Assembly (NCBI RefSeq): GCF_009914755.1
Contig: NC_060927.1
Reading direction: 5' to 3' (one strand)
DNA: 64,000 nucleotides
Source of the DNA: the human T2T-CHM13v2.0 reference genome, Homo sapiens
Made by a program: the position numbers and the translations under genes. The notes beneath the pieces were generated by a model. That model saw only the letters and a program-made list of their open reading frames with translations, made no database searches and was not told where the DNA came from. Of the stretch, positions 63,730 through 64,000 are shown in pieces. Position 1 is the first letter of the stretch. Each line of letters starts with the position of its first letter.

Positions 63730-64000
63730 TTTTTTTTTTTTTTTTTGAGACGGAGTCTTGCTCTGTCACCCAGGCTGGGGTGCAGTAGCATAATCTTGGC
63801 TCACTGCAACCTCCGCCTCCTGGGTTCAAGCAATTGTCTGCCTTAGCCTGCCAAGTAGCTGGGATTACAGGGACCTGCCACCACAGCCCGCTAATTTTTT
63901 GTGTTTTTAGTAGAGACGGGGTTTCACCATCTTGGCCAGGCTGGTCTTGAACTCCTGACCTTGTGATCCACCCACCTTGGCCTCCCAAAGTGCTGGGATT
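63730..64000 (-). mobile_element. AluS (Sc/Sg-like), runs off the window
   Basis: Poly(T) plus Alu; gaccttgtgatcc. Confidence 0.88.

Overview
Human genomic DNA: it carries a human-specific AluYb8, and the TBC1D23 N-terminus suggests 3q12 from memory. The only clearly live gene is TBC1D23, with a CpG-island promoter, coding exon 1 at 46359-46411 and intron 1 running to the window end. Upstream, one old L1MB (about 4650-11680) holds two gene-derived insertions. One is a VTI1B processed pseudogene. The other is an intron-containing DUSP12 fragment (exons 2-5, minus strand) flanked by a 14-bp target-site duplication whose polarity suggests retrotransposition of an ANTISENSE RNA. On both sides of that L1, the non-repetitive DNA reads on the minus strand as a decayed multi-exon gene I cannot name, including a calponin-homology-like exon; it may have been head-to-head with TBC1D23. 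Other elements are a full-length Tigger1, a HERV-L/MLT2A1 provirus with part of its deleted gag lodged in the neighbouring Alu, a full MSTA, solo LTR7 and LTR5B, and about 30 Alus. All identifications are by eye and from memory, repeat boundaries are approximate, and no searches were run.
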